A DNA stretch of 54,430 nucleotides, the filler included, from Circinaria calcarea (lineage: Eukaryota): assembly GCA_051942165.1 (NCBI GenBank). It is 4 parts of 4 records of this genome, joined end to end, with 100 filler letters (N's around TTAATTAATTAA, not from the genome) between each part and the next. Parts side by side here need not be neighbours in the genome. Positions count along the whole stretch, not along the records: positions 1 to 13,586 come from JAVECS010000487.1; 3 more parts are not named here. One strand, given 5' to 3'. The notes under the pieces were generated by a model, which saw only the letters and a program-made list of their open reading frames with translations, had not been told where the DNA came from and ran no database searches. This document shows positions 1-10,781 of this stretch, in pieces (position 1 is the stretch's first letter; every line of letters begins with the position of its first letter). Position numbers and translations under genes: made by a program.

Positions 1-935
1 GGGAGGGAGTGAAGGATTGGGTGGGACGGTTCGCGGTTGGGAGACGATGAAGATGGTAGTGGGGTAGGTGAGTAGTAGAGAGGGAGTAGTGAGTAGGTGG
101 GAGAGTTTAGATGGGAGAGTTCAGGTAGTGGTTGGAGGGAGTATGGCTGCGCTCGTTCCGAGAGGGGAATACAATTTGGTGAGGTCGTCGAGAATGCACA
201 GTACGGAGTAATGGATGCAGAGAACCGGCTTTCACTTGCAGGCGCATGGCGACATCATTGGGACAGGGGCTAGGGGGAAAAGGGGTCCAGGAGGCATGAG
301 GTTTTGCGACAGGGGGGGGGGTTCCTCGGCAGATGATGCCTGGAAATTGAGAAAGTTTGGTTCGTGGAACGCCACACGGTCGTGTGATTTTTCCTTCAAT
401 GCCGGATTTTGGAAACGTTCAGTGCAATGAATTGCTCGAATGTTAGAATCTACCTGAGTAAGCAGAGACTGATTGATTGATTCTGATACTTTGCTCATTA
501 TATTTACTTGATGGATAAAACCATCCATCTCCATCAATTCTACGTTTTATGGAGGGTAACTCCATCGTGACATGTCCGATTAAGACGTAAGCAGAGCCAC
601 CAAAACTGTGGCTGACCGGACAATGTTCCGGAGCGTCAAACTTGGCAGATACCCTGTTATCAGGGGCCCCGGTCATCCGCTTGCTTATGCCTTGGAAAGC
701 TGCGACAGTTGTGGCTGGGGCCTCAGGATCAGGGGGCGCATTGCCGATTGCCTTCGAAGCAGACCTCGGAGCATTCTTGCGTCAGAGTATAACCTTGATC
801 CATTTCATGCTTGATGGGTTCTTCTCCATTTTACATTTGATTGCCACTCTTCGATCGACTTGACTACATATTGCTTTCGCATAGCTACACTTGCAACCTA
901 ATTAGCCCGTTAGACCCTTCGTTCTTACTGTCAAA

Positions 936-1755
936 ATGTCCGAAGAGCAGACAAAGACCGACGAATCCCAGGCCTCTGCTGGCGCAAACGCTTCTGGCTC
1001 TGCGGCGGCCTCTGGTGGTGTCAACGCGCAAGGCTCGCAAAAGTCGACTCAGTCGGCCAAGCGCACGCCACCAAAGCTAAGCAAGAAGCAGCAGCAACAG
1101 CAGCAGCAGCCACAGCCGGCCGAAGATCCTCCCCAAACCAACGGAGACGCGAACGGGGACATAGACGGCGGTGCGCAAGCTGAGCCAGAAGCACAACCTA
1201 CTCCATCGCAACCACAATCTCGGGCCCCCTCGAAAAGGCGTCAAAGTCGTGGACGAGGGAGAAGCAAGGCCCCCGACTCCGACACAGAAAGTATCGCGCG
1301 GTCGGACATATCTGCGGCTGGTGGGCGTCGGAACCGCAATCGAAAGAAGACGCAGCAGAAACCTCAAGCCAAAGGAAGTAGCGGCGGTGGACCGCTGGAT
1401 TCACTGGATGAGGTTGGGGAGACGGTCAATGGCGCAGGCGAGATGGTGCAACAGACGGCGGGCAATGCGGTCAGTGGTGTTACTGATAAGGCAGGTGAAG
1501 CCGTGGGTGGGGTTACAGATAGTGCTGGGAAGGCACTGGGTGGCTTGACTGGAGGCCAAAAAGAAGGAGACGGGGACGATGAAGGAAAGGGAGAGCAGCT
1601 GAGGTTGAGGCTAGAATTGAATCTCGACGTGGAGATCCAGTTGAAAGCAAAGATTCATGGTGACTTGACAATTGGATTGCTGTATGTTCACTCCTTTCCG
1701 TCTGAACTTTTAGCCGTCGGTGAAAGCACCCTACTAACCATGATTCAGGAACTAA
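936..1755 (+). CDS. Hydrophilic LEA-like/stress-associated fungal protein; join(936..1681,1749..1755)
   Basis: Q/G/S/K-rich N-terminus, short GxxVxGVTDxAG repeats and C-terminal LRLRLELNLDVEIQLKAKIHGDLTIGLL motif typical of a filamentous-fungal family. GTATGT donor at 1682, CTAAC branch and CAG at 1748 give ...GLLN*. Confidence 0.75.
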
Positions 1756-2378
1756 ATAAATCGAACTCATCGACAACTATACTACCGCCACGTACCATCT
1801 CTAAATTACTGTATAGGCCGCAAAGATGGTATAATCCGCGATGTGGAATAAGGTTTCGGGGGTTACCTGTGTCGGTTTATTATCTTTGGGCGCCTGTGTT
1901 TGGATAGTGCTATTCCTTGGATGAATAACCTAACAGTAATATCTTTGCTCGCTATGAAGTATGTATCTGTTGAATCGCCATGGATCTCCCTTTTTTGAGA
2001 AATGAAATTTAGGTGAAGCTGTAAAGAGCTCTGGATAAGTTATCTATTTGCATAGGTAAACTCATTGGCCTTGTTTGAGCTTACTGTTTCTCGAGCTTTT
2101 CAATCTCACATGGTACTGGTAAATACCTCTAGATAGCATCTAACGTATCTGATATCTTCATGTTAAATATGTAGTCACTCAAACAGAGCAATTGTTGAGT
2201 ATAGGAGCTAAGATTTCTAGATATGCGCGTTACCCAAAGTCGTTAGATCGTTCACAGAGTTCCAAGCGAATAGGGCACACCAGGAAAGTGAAGGTCTGCG
2301 CGACTTCGACATTGACGATATCTACAACGACACAATCCTTACACTCCTTTGCGCTGGACGACTAACAGACAATCCACG

Positions 2379-2577
2379 GTGCGTATCTTTTGAGACGACC
2401 CTCTCTGCATGAAATGTGCCCATCTGTGAGGATCTTGGGTATTCACATATCCTGGATGGAGCCCTACGGACTAGGACTTTCCTCCCCCAAGAATCGTCTC
2501 CAGCGCAGCCTATACATTGCGCTGGCTTGAAGACAGATGTTACTTACAAGTAACTTGCTAACAACCTTGTATCATAG
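2379..2577 (+). other. Probable 5'UTR intron of RPS8
   Basis: GTGCGT donor at 2379, GCTAAC branch near 2557, TAG/AAG tandem acceptor at 2575-2580, about 20 nt before the ATG. Yeast RPS8 genes also have a 5'UTR intron. Confidence 0.7.
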
Positions 2578-2600
2578 AAGTTCTGTGAGCCACCGCAATC

Positions 2601-3269
2601 ATGGGTATCTCACGAGATTCCCGTCACAAGCGCTCGGCCACTGGTGCAAAGCGAGCCTACTACCGCAAGAAGAGGTATGGGGGATATTTACGAAGCTTGA
2701 ACTAGGTGAATCTAATATTCTACAGAGCTTTCGAAAAAGGCCGTCAGCCAGCCAACACCCGTATCGGCGCTAAGCGTATCCATCTTGTCCGCACTCGAGG
2801 AGGAAATCAAAAATATCGTGCTCTCCGTCTCGACTCCGGCAATTTCTCATGGAGATCTGAGGGGATTGCCCGCAAAGTCCGTGTTATCATCGTATCCTAC
2901 CATCCCTCCAACAACGAACTCGTTCGCACCAACACCCTTACAAGATCTGCCGTGATTCAAATCGACGCAGCACCCTTCAGACAATGGTACGAGGCGCACT
3001 ACGGTCAGAGCTTGGGAAGGAGACGTCAGCAGAAGACCGCCAAGGAGGGAGCAGAGACGGCTGAGGAGAAGAAGAGTAAGAGTGTGGAGAAGAAGCAGGC
3101 AGCCAGACACACGGCGCAGGGCAAGGTAGAACCGGCGTTGGAAAGACAATTTGAGGCTGGTCGTTTGTATGCGGTTGTCGCATCACGGCCTGGACAGTGC
3201 GGGCGTGTCGATGGATACATTCTGGAAGGCGAGGAACTTGCTTTCTACCAACGTGCCATCAGAAAGTAA
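2601..3269 (+). CDS. RPS8: 40S ribosomal protein S8 (eS8); join(2601..2674,2726..3269)
   Basis: MGISRDSRHKRSATGAKRAYYRKKR|AFEKGRQPANTRIG...RTRGGNQKYRALRLDSGNFSW...RPGQCGRVDGYILEGEELAFY; GT-AG intron 2675-2725. Confidence 0.98.
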
Positions 3270-3657
3270 AAGGGACACTCGTCGTGAATCCGGGAAAGGG
3301 CAGCTTGCACTGGCCTTTCTTGAATTGCGTATGGCCTAGATAGAGAAGATAGCAAGGTCCTAATGGCACAAATGGCAAACCTTCTATTATCCGGGGTCTG
3401 TCCTTTGGATTACAATGGAAGCCTAAACTTTGCAACCCACTCCACTGACCATTTCATTCTTCTACAGTTACAGCGATGTACATATGTGGACTACGTACGA
3501 CCTGGCATGGAATGGAGCTTCAAGTTCTGCTGCCTGGTGAGTGGGATATACAGTCGAATGTACACTGCACACCCACTCCGCATTCCCTGACGGCTGACTT
3601 CTTGCACTTCCCATCATGCCTCTCCTCTCTCTTTACCCTCTGAGTTTCTTTTCCTGA

Positions 3658-4590
3658 TTGCACGTCGCGTTGCGGATGTCGATACCGAGGCCGAAGGCAA
3701 CGATGTGTCGTCTGCTTCGCTCAGTCTCGGAGAAAGCGTTGAGGAAGTACCTCGATGAGGCACGTTCCCATCGCTATCTCACGTCCCGAGGCCCGCTCGC
3801 GGCCGATGTTGGATTCTTTTGTCGGTATCCAATCGGGCCCAAGAGCCCAAGGGCTCGCTGGCATATCCGGACTTTGGGGGTTGAAAGTCTCCGACTAGAT
3901 TCGGTTGGGAGGCGCAGCGAATCGGGCAGTCCTACTTCAGTACAAGTATATGGAGGGATTTAACGTATGATCGGACCTTTGCTGGCTATTTTCAGAAGCC
4001 CTTCCCCCCCCCCAAGAGGATGAACTATATCGGAAAGTGAATGAGGGTTCGGAGATGGTACTTCTTGCTTTACTTTTGTTATACTTACCTCGTTTGCAGT
4101 CTGTCAACTCTAATTGGTATAGAGATGATTTCTTTGGGTCTCGGTTCATCCGGGTCCACGGAGGGAAATGTCAATGGGATGGAGCTTTCGCCAGCGATGT
4201 TGAAGGTGGGACATTTAGCAGTGGCTTGGCGGACCGTTTCAGAATTCCCACCGTCTAGGATACCTCAGTCTCGACAAATGCAATGTTTATCACAGAAGAC
4301 ACCAAAACAGCTCAGCCTTTCTCGAGTCTCGATTATATTACCGACATCTCTCAAACGCCTCGAGATATGGAATTGCTTTTGCTCCAGGATATAAGATTGC
4401 CAATCTGCAAGAAGTTATTCGGAGCCTTCGATCATACTACCTTCCCGCTACTTCGCCGAATCGCGTTTCATGTGTACCCAAAGCACGTCGATAAGAAACA
4501 TATATCGCATCTGGGGGCTGCACTGACCAATGCAGAGTTTCCTCGCTCCAGACTTCAATATGAATGGCCATTCCCAATGCGTCAGTGAAT
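3658..4590 (+). pseudogene. Possible decayed gene (F-box/LRR-like accessory protein remnant)
   Basis: Protein-like fragments in different frames (GSEMVLLALLLLYLPRLQSV; ELLLLQDIRLPICKKLFG), separated by a stop at 3961 and a frameshift at the poly-C run near 4004-4013. Confidence 0.3.
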
Positions 4591-5395
4591 TCACCAAGCC
4601 TTACTTATTGGCATTGCATGGACAGCTGGTATGCTGGAAGAATTTCACTACTGTGGGATTGGGAACGATACTGTTAATAGCTACTGTAAGCCAGAAGGTC
4701 AGTAGTCCTCCCAGCCAAAGAGTCATGGCAGCATTTCGTCTTCCTAGCAAATTGAAAGATAAGTTTAAGAGAACTCCCATGCTAATAGAATACAAAAACC
4801 ACGTTTCGTTTGTTGTTCGCCTACGACAATGAATTTGCTTTTTTGGGTAGGCAAAAAGCCCCAAGGTAATGACTCCTCCCACTATAACTGTATGTTCATG
4901 TCTTAATCGTGACCTTCTTGCGTGCCTCTGGTATTAAATAGTTTGAACAGTGAGCATAGTAGCGATTGCCGCTAGAGATTGGGCAGCTTCATATCTGAAA
5001 TATCTCCCCCGCATTTGGTCTGCAAATGGTATTGTCTCCGCTGGGTCATTCTCCCGTTGCCTTGGAGTACACACTTTGCTGCGTCCATGCTGGAGCGATA
5101 TAGGGCATTTTTTCATACAAGACTTTGCTATGTCAATAATAGAGTTGCAATGGGGTCTGCTCATTGACCTTTCGTTTATATGCCTTTGCTGCTACGCTCG
5201 GTCTGTGACTTGGCCGTGGAGAGTTCGATTTCTCTTGATGTAGCCAGTTCCAAAACCGTACTATACGACCGCTGAAGCGACACATGGTATATACCCTCAA
5301 GAAATCGTGTTCTACGCGCTCCTTTACCAGGCCCTCGCGAAATCACAGCTCTCATCAATTTATTCTAACCTACCTAAAACTATTCCTTATTTTAC

Positions 5396-6301
5396 TCACC
5401 CAGCCGGGTGCTTCTCTACAAACTCCACCACCAGCCGCACAAACTCCTCGGGCGCCTCTTCTGCGACATAATGCCCACTTCCCGCCGCCTCGGCAACCTG
5501 GAAGTCCTCATACATCTCCGCCGCCATGTCACCCGCAATCTCCTTCAATGGGCTCTCAGCTCCGCTCAACGCCAAACACGGCACCTTGCACTTGCCTTTT
5601 TCCTCCACCCACTTCCGATTCTCCTCCGCATCGGTTGGAAAAGCGCGATACAAGTCAAACCCGGCGCGCATCGCTCCCGCCTGCGCGAACTGCACGGTGT
5701 AATGCTCCAAGTCTTCCGTCGAGATGGCGGTGGGATTAACAGCTTCGCAGGTAAAAAAATGCTGCAGGTAAATCCGCTCCCGCCCCGCGACCAGCGCCTC
5801 CGGCAAATCCGTCTGCGCATGGAACGTAAAATGCCACATGTCCGGCGTATTCTTGACCTCTTCAAACGCTTTCGTTCCCGGCAACGGGCACTCACCCCAC
5901 GTCAGGCTCGCTGTGTGTTCCGGGTATCGTGCCGCGTACGCATGTGCTATTATACCGCCGATATCGTGGCCGACAACGTGCACTTTTTCTCGAATGCCTA
6001 GATGCTCGGTCAGGAGGGTGAAGATGTCGGAAGCCATGACAGACTTGGTATAGCCATCTCGCGGCCGCGAGGAGAATCCGGCGCCGCGGTAATCCGGGAC
6101 GATGAGGCGGTAGCCGTGCGAGGCGAGCGGCTCGAGGACATGCCGGAACTGGTAGGAGGTTTGCGGGTAGCCGTGCAGGAGGAGGATAGTGCCTTTGGGC
6201 GACGAGGAGGGGGAGGTGGGAGGCGGAGGGTAGTCGAGGTAGTGGAGGCGGAGGGGTTCGGGCTGGGTACTGAGGAAAGCGTTGCGGGATTTGGGGGGCA
6301 T
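5396..6301 (-). CDS. Alpha/beta hydrolase, epoxide hydrolase-like, 301 aa, intronless
   Basis: LLHGYP oxyanion motif, PDYRGAGFS, nucleophile elbow GHDIGG, cap WHF and LYRA, catalytic His in SGHYVAEE. Confidence 0.93.
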   Translation of the reverse strand: MPPKSRNAFLSTQPEPLRLHYLDYPPPPTSPSSSPKGTILLLHGYPQTSYQFRHVLEPLASHGYRLIVPDYRGAGFSSRPRDGYTKSVMASDIFTLLTEHLGIREKVHVVGHDIGGIIAHAYAARYPEHTASLTWGECPLPGTKAFEEVKNTPDMWHFTFHAQTDLPEALVAGRERIYLQHFFTCEAVNPTAISTEDLEHYTVQFAQAGAMRAGFDLYRAFPTDAEENRKWVEEKGKCKVPCLALSGAESPLKEIAGDMAAEMYEDFQVAEAAGSGHYVAEEAPEEFVRLVVEFVEKHPAG

Positions 6302-8083
6302 GGTTCGGGTGCCTTGCGTTTGTACTATAGTACGAGTAGCAGACGAGATTGGATAAGTTTGGAAAAATGATACTTCTGGTGGAAGTTGATATTGTGGGGA
6401 AGGTCGGGACTGATTTATTAGGTTCGAGTGATGTCATCGTAGCTGTACTCCGTACTGTGGTCGAAGGCATAATCAAATGTTAGCGTAGTTTTTCCATTAA
6501 AATGATGGTTTGATTTCAGTACAGAGAGCTGGAAGATACACCGGAGGATAACCCTCCCATATTACACATTGTTTCCCTAAAGATTTATTCGGCCTTTGCT
6601 GAGTACACCGGGGTTGGTCGAAAGCCGCGCTAACATTGGTTATGCCTGCCACGCATACATCCATAAGCTGATTAAGTCCGACATGGTACTATAAAAGGAT
6701 AACGCGTCAGATTTACTATTTTGGCTGAGCTTCCGTTTCCTTGGTACAGAGTCTCCCAATCTCCTTCATCCTGTCTTGAAGGTTGAATTTCTACTCTCCA
6801 GGAATATGTGGATGCCTACCTGGTCCATCTTATCTCCGATGGGATTCCTTTCCATTTCCGCAGCGGTTTTAGCTTTTGCTCACTACAAACTCCATTAGAG
6901 TTGACTTGGTTTGAGGGGGAGGGAATGGGCATGGTTGGGAAACTGAGCATTGTTAAGGACGGGATTCGGGGATATTCTACCATATCCGAGATGCGCATCA
7001 GCCACTGCATTGGTTGGGATCTGAAAAAACGCTAATCAACGTTTGATGAGCTTGGAAGACACCTCCCGTATGCTGCCACTATCAGCATCGTCCATCAACT
7101 TGAACTCACACAAGGCAAAGGTAGTCTATCATTGGGCATTGGCCCTTTTCTCTGGGTCAATGTTGTTCTCATCGCATATCAACCTGAGCGGTAATCGCGA
7201 ATTGCTTTGATGTCTCACTTTGATACCCTCATGTTCGGGCACTCCAACTTTACGGGAATCTCATAGCTGGTCTTCTATATGGCTGCCACCTTTACCTTTG
7301 CTCAGTTGTTCCCGTTCCGTTCCGCTTTGCTGTCTCAGGATTGCTCTGGAATACTCTCGGTTATTGACTCGTATAGCGCTTCAGCAAGAACCATGGTGAG
7401 GGAAAGAACGGACTCGGTCAATGCCTTTTTGATCTAGAACGTCAACCGTGCAACAGGGATGGTTTCTACTACATGCGAGCCATGTGCAAAATAAAGAGTC
7501 AATTGGTTTCTGTTCCCATTGCTACAGATAGTTGACGGCGCATACAATTGGGGTTACCCTATCATCATTCAGGTCTGCTGCATCCAGTACGAACTAGGAT
7601 TGTTCTCTGTACATCCCGCACTAACAGTCCGTGTGGCTGGTTTGAGTATGATTCAGCCTACCGCCCCACGCCAAGTCGCCGCTGGAGAAATCTATATTTG
7701 CTACCCGGCATAGTTAGGGGTATGGTATGCCGGTGTTCCAGAAAACGGTAGGACAAAGGAAGGTCGAGGTCTAGTTTCAGCTCGAGCGTGACCCATTTGG
7801 ATAAAGAAGCTGCCAGGTCCGCAATGGTATCATCGTACCCTCGTTACTAGAAGTTATTGCAGGTCTTGCTTCTGAGGAGGCGGAGTCAAGAAAACTGTGC
7901 CTTTCTGTCAACTTGCTCTATATTTTCTACATAATATCGAGAATGCCTTTCAGCTCGACAATATGACATTGCACCCCCACGGACTACAAATAGCGATTTA
8001 GGCCCTACTCAGATCCTACTCCTTGTCCCAAGCAGAACACCTAGCTCAGCCTCATAACGACCAAGCAGCTCTGAATCATAGCA

Positions 8084-8962
8084 ATGCTGCTCTCTTCGGT
8101 CAACGTTCTATTGCCTCTTTTCCTTTACGGTTCAATAATAGCAGCAGCTGAGATGGACAACCATTCACAATCCAAAGTCCGCGACTTCGATTTTGCTATT
8201 CGACGTTCCGAAGAGGGCTTGGCGTCTATAGTTACGAGAGGTGGAGTTTCTCTTCAACATGATGATGTTGGCTTCCCATGGCGGCGTTGTACTGTCTGTA
8301 TTTGGCAATGCATCGCCTACACCGCAGTATGCGGGGCCGTGTGCTTTGGAGGCGAGGTTATCCCGTTTGCCGGCCTTGAGGCATGTCTTGTAAGTTTTCT
8401 AGGCCCTTTCCATTCTCCAGCATCGTACCAGAATCTCAGATAATCATCTTCAGTTAGTCTTATAGGTCTTCGGACAGCTAAGTTTCAGTGCAGACTTGTT
8501 TAGGAACATGGGGTGCATCTCAACAGTGTGTACAGTGTGTTTCGGACAAATGCGGTGGGCCACAGATGCCAATAAAACGTGAAGAAGTGGCATTGCAGTC
8601 TCCGTGTACGACCCCGGAGTTCCAGAAGGCAGCATTGCAGTATGTATTCCTTCCGTCCCGCTACGAACTCATGGCATTTGGATTTCTTTGCAAGACTCTA
8701 CTTACTCTTTTCAATCAGCTGTACCGGCATCAGTGGGTTACCAGGGATCTGTACAATTCGACCGCCAAGAGGATCTAAGCATCGCTGGACGGCTATCCGC
8801 AGTAACGATCCTCATACGAATATCGGTAAAGGTTGCACGGCCGCTGTCCCAGACTGCGATATCGCGATTGGAAACTTCTCCGGTCCTTTTGGCTGTTTGA
8901 CCCCACTTGGGGTGGCACGGTTTGCAAAAACAGGAAGAGCCCGGCTCGGCCCTGTCCAATAG
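8084..8962 (+). CDS. Secreted cysteine-rich preproprotein, ~231 aa; join(8084..8389,8494..8639,8719..8962)
   Basis: Hydrophobic signal peptide ending ...IIAAA. Introns GTAAGT(8390)..CAG(8493) and GTATGT(8640)..CAG(8718) join three ORF fragments in compatible phase. Dibasic RR/KR sites; 10 + 6 Cys. Confidence 0.72.
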
Positions 8963-9380
8963 TAGCAGAGTCTTCCAAATTGGAGTTTTTGGGCATTTAG
9001 TAGCGATTCTTTGCTTTTTCTCGTTTCGGCTGCTGCTGGTCAGCCTCAATTATAGAATCATCATATATGCATGCACGACTTTCGCCCTCTACGTAATATA
9101 AACATGTTTCGTTCATACTTTTTTTCAGTTCCCACCGCCTTATTTCTCTTCCTTGTTCCTCGACCCTTTTTCAGCCCTCGATATAAGCTTTTCGCTCCTA
9201 CAAGATTTAACCTTTTTTTGGACGACACGGGCGAGGATGATGCAAAGCGTCAGGGGAGAGTAGGGTTAGGGTGGAAATTCGGGGTGTGGTGTGTAAATTA
9301 ATCTTTGCATATAGACTGGTGGGAAATTTTAATATTTCGCAGGAACTTGGGTGGTCGAAGTCAAATAATACGGGGTGTGT

Positions 9381-9766
9381 CCGGCTGGGTAAATTACCCA
9401 GCGCACCTAGCCGGGCAACGAGGACGGAGATGATGCTCCGTATTCCGCGCAACAGGGCGGAGTTGATGCTCCGCCATCCGCGCAACCCTCCTAGCGCTCG
9501 ACGTTCAACGATGGTCTCTAAGCGAGTGAGGATTTCCGTTTTGAGCATTGCCGGCGCTGAAAGCATCGCCGGCCTAAACTTCAACCACAGCCGCGCAACG
9601 TGGACGGAGTTAACTCTCCGTATTCCGCGCAACCCTCCTAGCGCTCGACGTTCAACGATGGTCTCTGGTTTCCGTTTTGAGCATGGTCGGGCTAAACTTT
9701 AACCACAACCGCGCGACGAGGACGGAGTCAATTCTCCGCATCCCGCGCAACAGTGCTAGCGCTCGA
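9381..9766. repeat. GC-rich degenerate tandem repeat (~118-bp unit, ~2.5 copies) with four (A/G)CGGAG-N6-CTCCG(T/C) palindromes
   Basis: A 43-bp block is identical at 9477-9519 and 9624-9666. Palindromes at 9424-9441, 9457-9474, 9604-9621 and 9722-9739. Inverted repeat GCTGGGTAA-A-TTACCCAGC at 9384-9402. Confidence 0.85.
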
Positions 9767-10781
9767 AGTTTAAGGATAATTTATACAAGGCTGGCTTCCG
9801 TATTGGGTATACACACCGCCTTAAGCTTAGTTTTGCCACGCGGAGGGTCAGGCACATCTACCGCAAGGAAAAGAGTGGAAACATTCATACTATTGTACGG
9901 CGTCGATGGTTGCCCGGGCGAGTAAAGTGCATTGCATACTATTTTGGATTTATCCCCGTTACGGATTGTAAGCCTTTACATTTTGAGTGCATACCTATAT
10001 CTTCTCTCTCTCTCGCGCTCGCCGGGCTCCCCTCGCTGAATCATCACTCCTTTCTTTTCTCTCCCCAACTTCCCCTTAATAAGAACAAGAACAAATCAGC
10101 CTTTCGCCCCTTTTTTTTACAATCAAAACCCATTCCGTATCATACATTTAAACCGAGAATTGTGTGTTTGAGGGGGTTTTCCCCCTCGATAAAATTTTTA
10201 GAAAAAAAGAGGTGTTGTGCGCGCAGACATTGATAATAGGGGTAACATCGTGCTTCATTCAGAGTCTCCAATAAAATGGTATAGTCGGTGTAGAAGATTA
10301 TCTTGACTAGCGCCTTCGGTTGATCCCTGCAAAAATTGCTGGGAAGAAACATGTACAGTGCACTTTTTGCCACCAAACGATATAAGCTGAAGGTTGTGAG
10401 TCCGAATATAAATTTAGTGTTTAGAAATCAATCGTGTTGGTTGGGCTGATGCTGAAGATTGTTAAAAGTTAGAAGGTTGCCGCATCGGTTATTATTTTAG
10501 GCAGCAGCTATACCAATCTATTTTAGCGATATGGCAACCAAAAATACAGGCTCATGAAGGGTTTTTCGAGGTGAAGATTAAATAATATTATATTGATTTT
10601 GTTCCTTCAGAAACTATTATCTGTTACTGGATACCTATATTCCCATCTGCTCGACCAAAGGCTTATATCTTCTTATGTTTATCTAAACCTACATCTTAAT
10701 CTATCCATCTTCTTTCAATACCTCTTTCTCCCGTCCGTCATACCAGATAAGTCAGCCGTAGCTATAATTACTGCATTTACC

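Noticed and set aside
1..540. Purine-rich contig start and minus-strand ORF 232..537
   Set aside because: Low-complexity sequence; a possible gene fragment but with no identifiable product.
1682..1907. C-terminal extension of the 323-aa ORF
   Set aside because: Read-through of an intron (GTATGT...CTAAC...CAG); the spliced product stops at 1755.
5284..6476. Several overlapping or antisense ORFs around the hydrolase (and similar shadow ORFs over SWR1, SGS1, NECAP)
   Set aside because: Alternative-frame shadows of GC-rich true coding sequence with no recognisable motifs.
9207..9702. ORFs 9207..9632(-) and 9271..9702(+) as genes
   Set aside because: Non-ATG starts, open frames explained by GC-rich repeats, and an 11-bp indel between repeat units breaks frame.
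9411..9766. CRISPR-like array interpretation of the palindromic repeats
   Set aside because: The sequences between palindromes are themselves repeated rather than unique spacers, spacing is irregular, there are no cas genes, and the context is eukaryotic.
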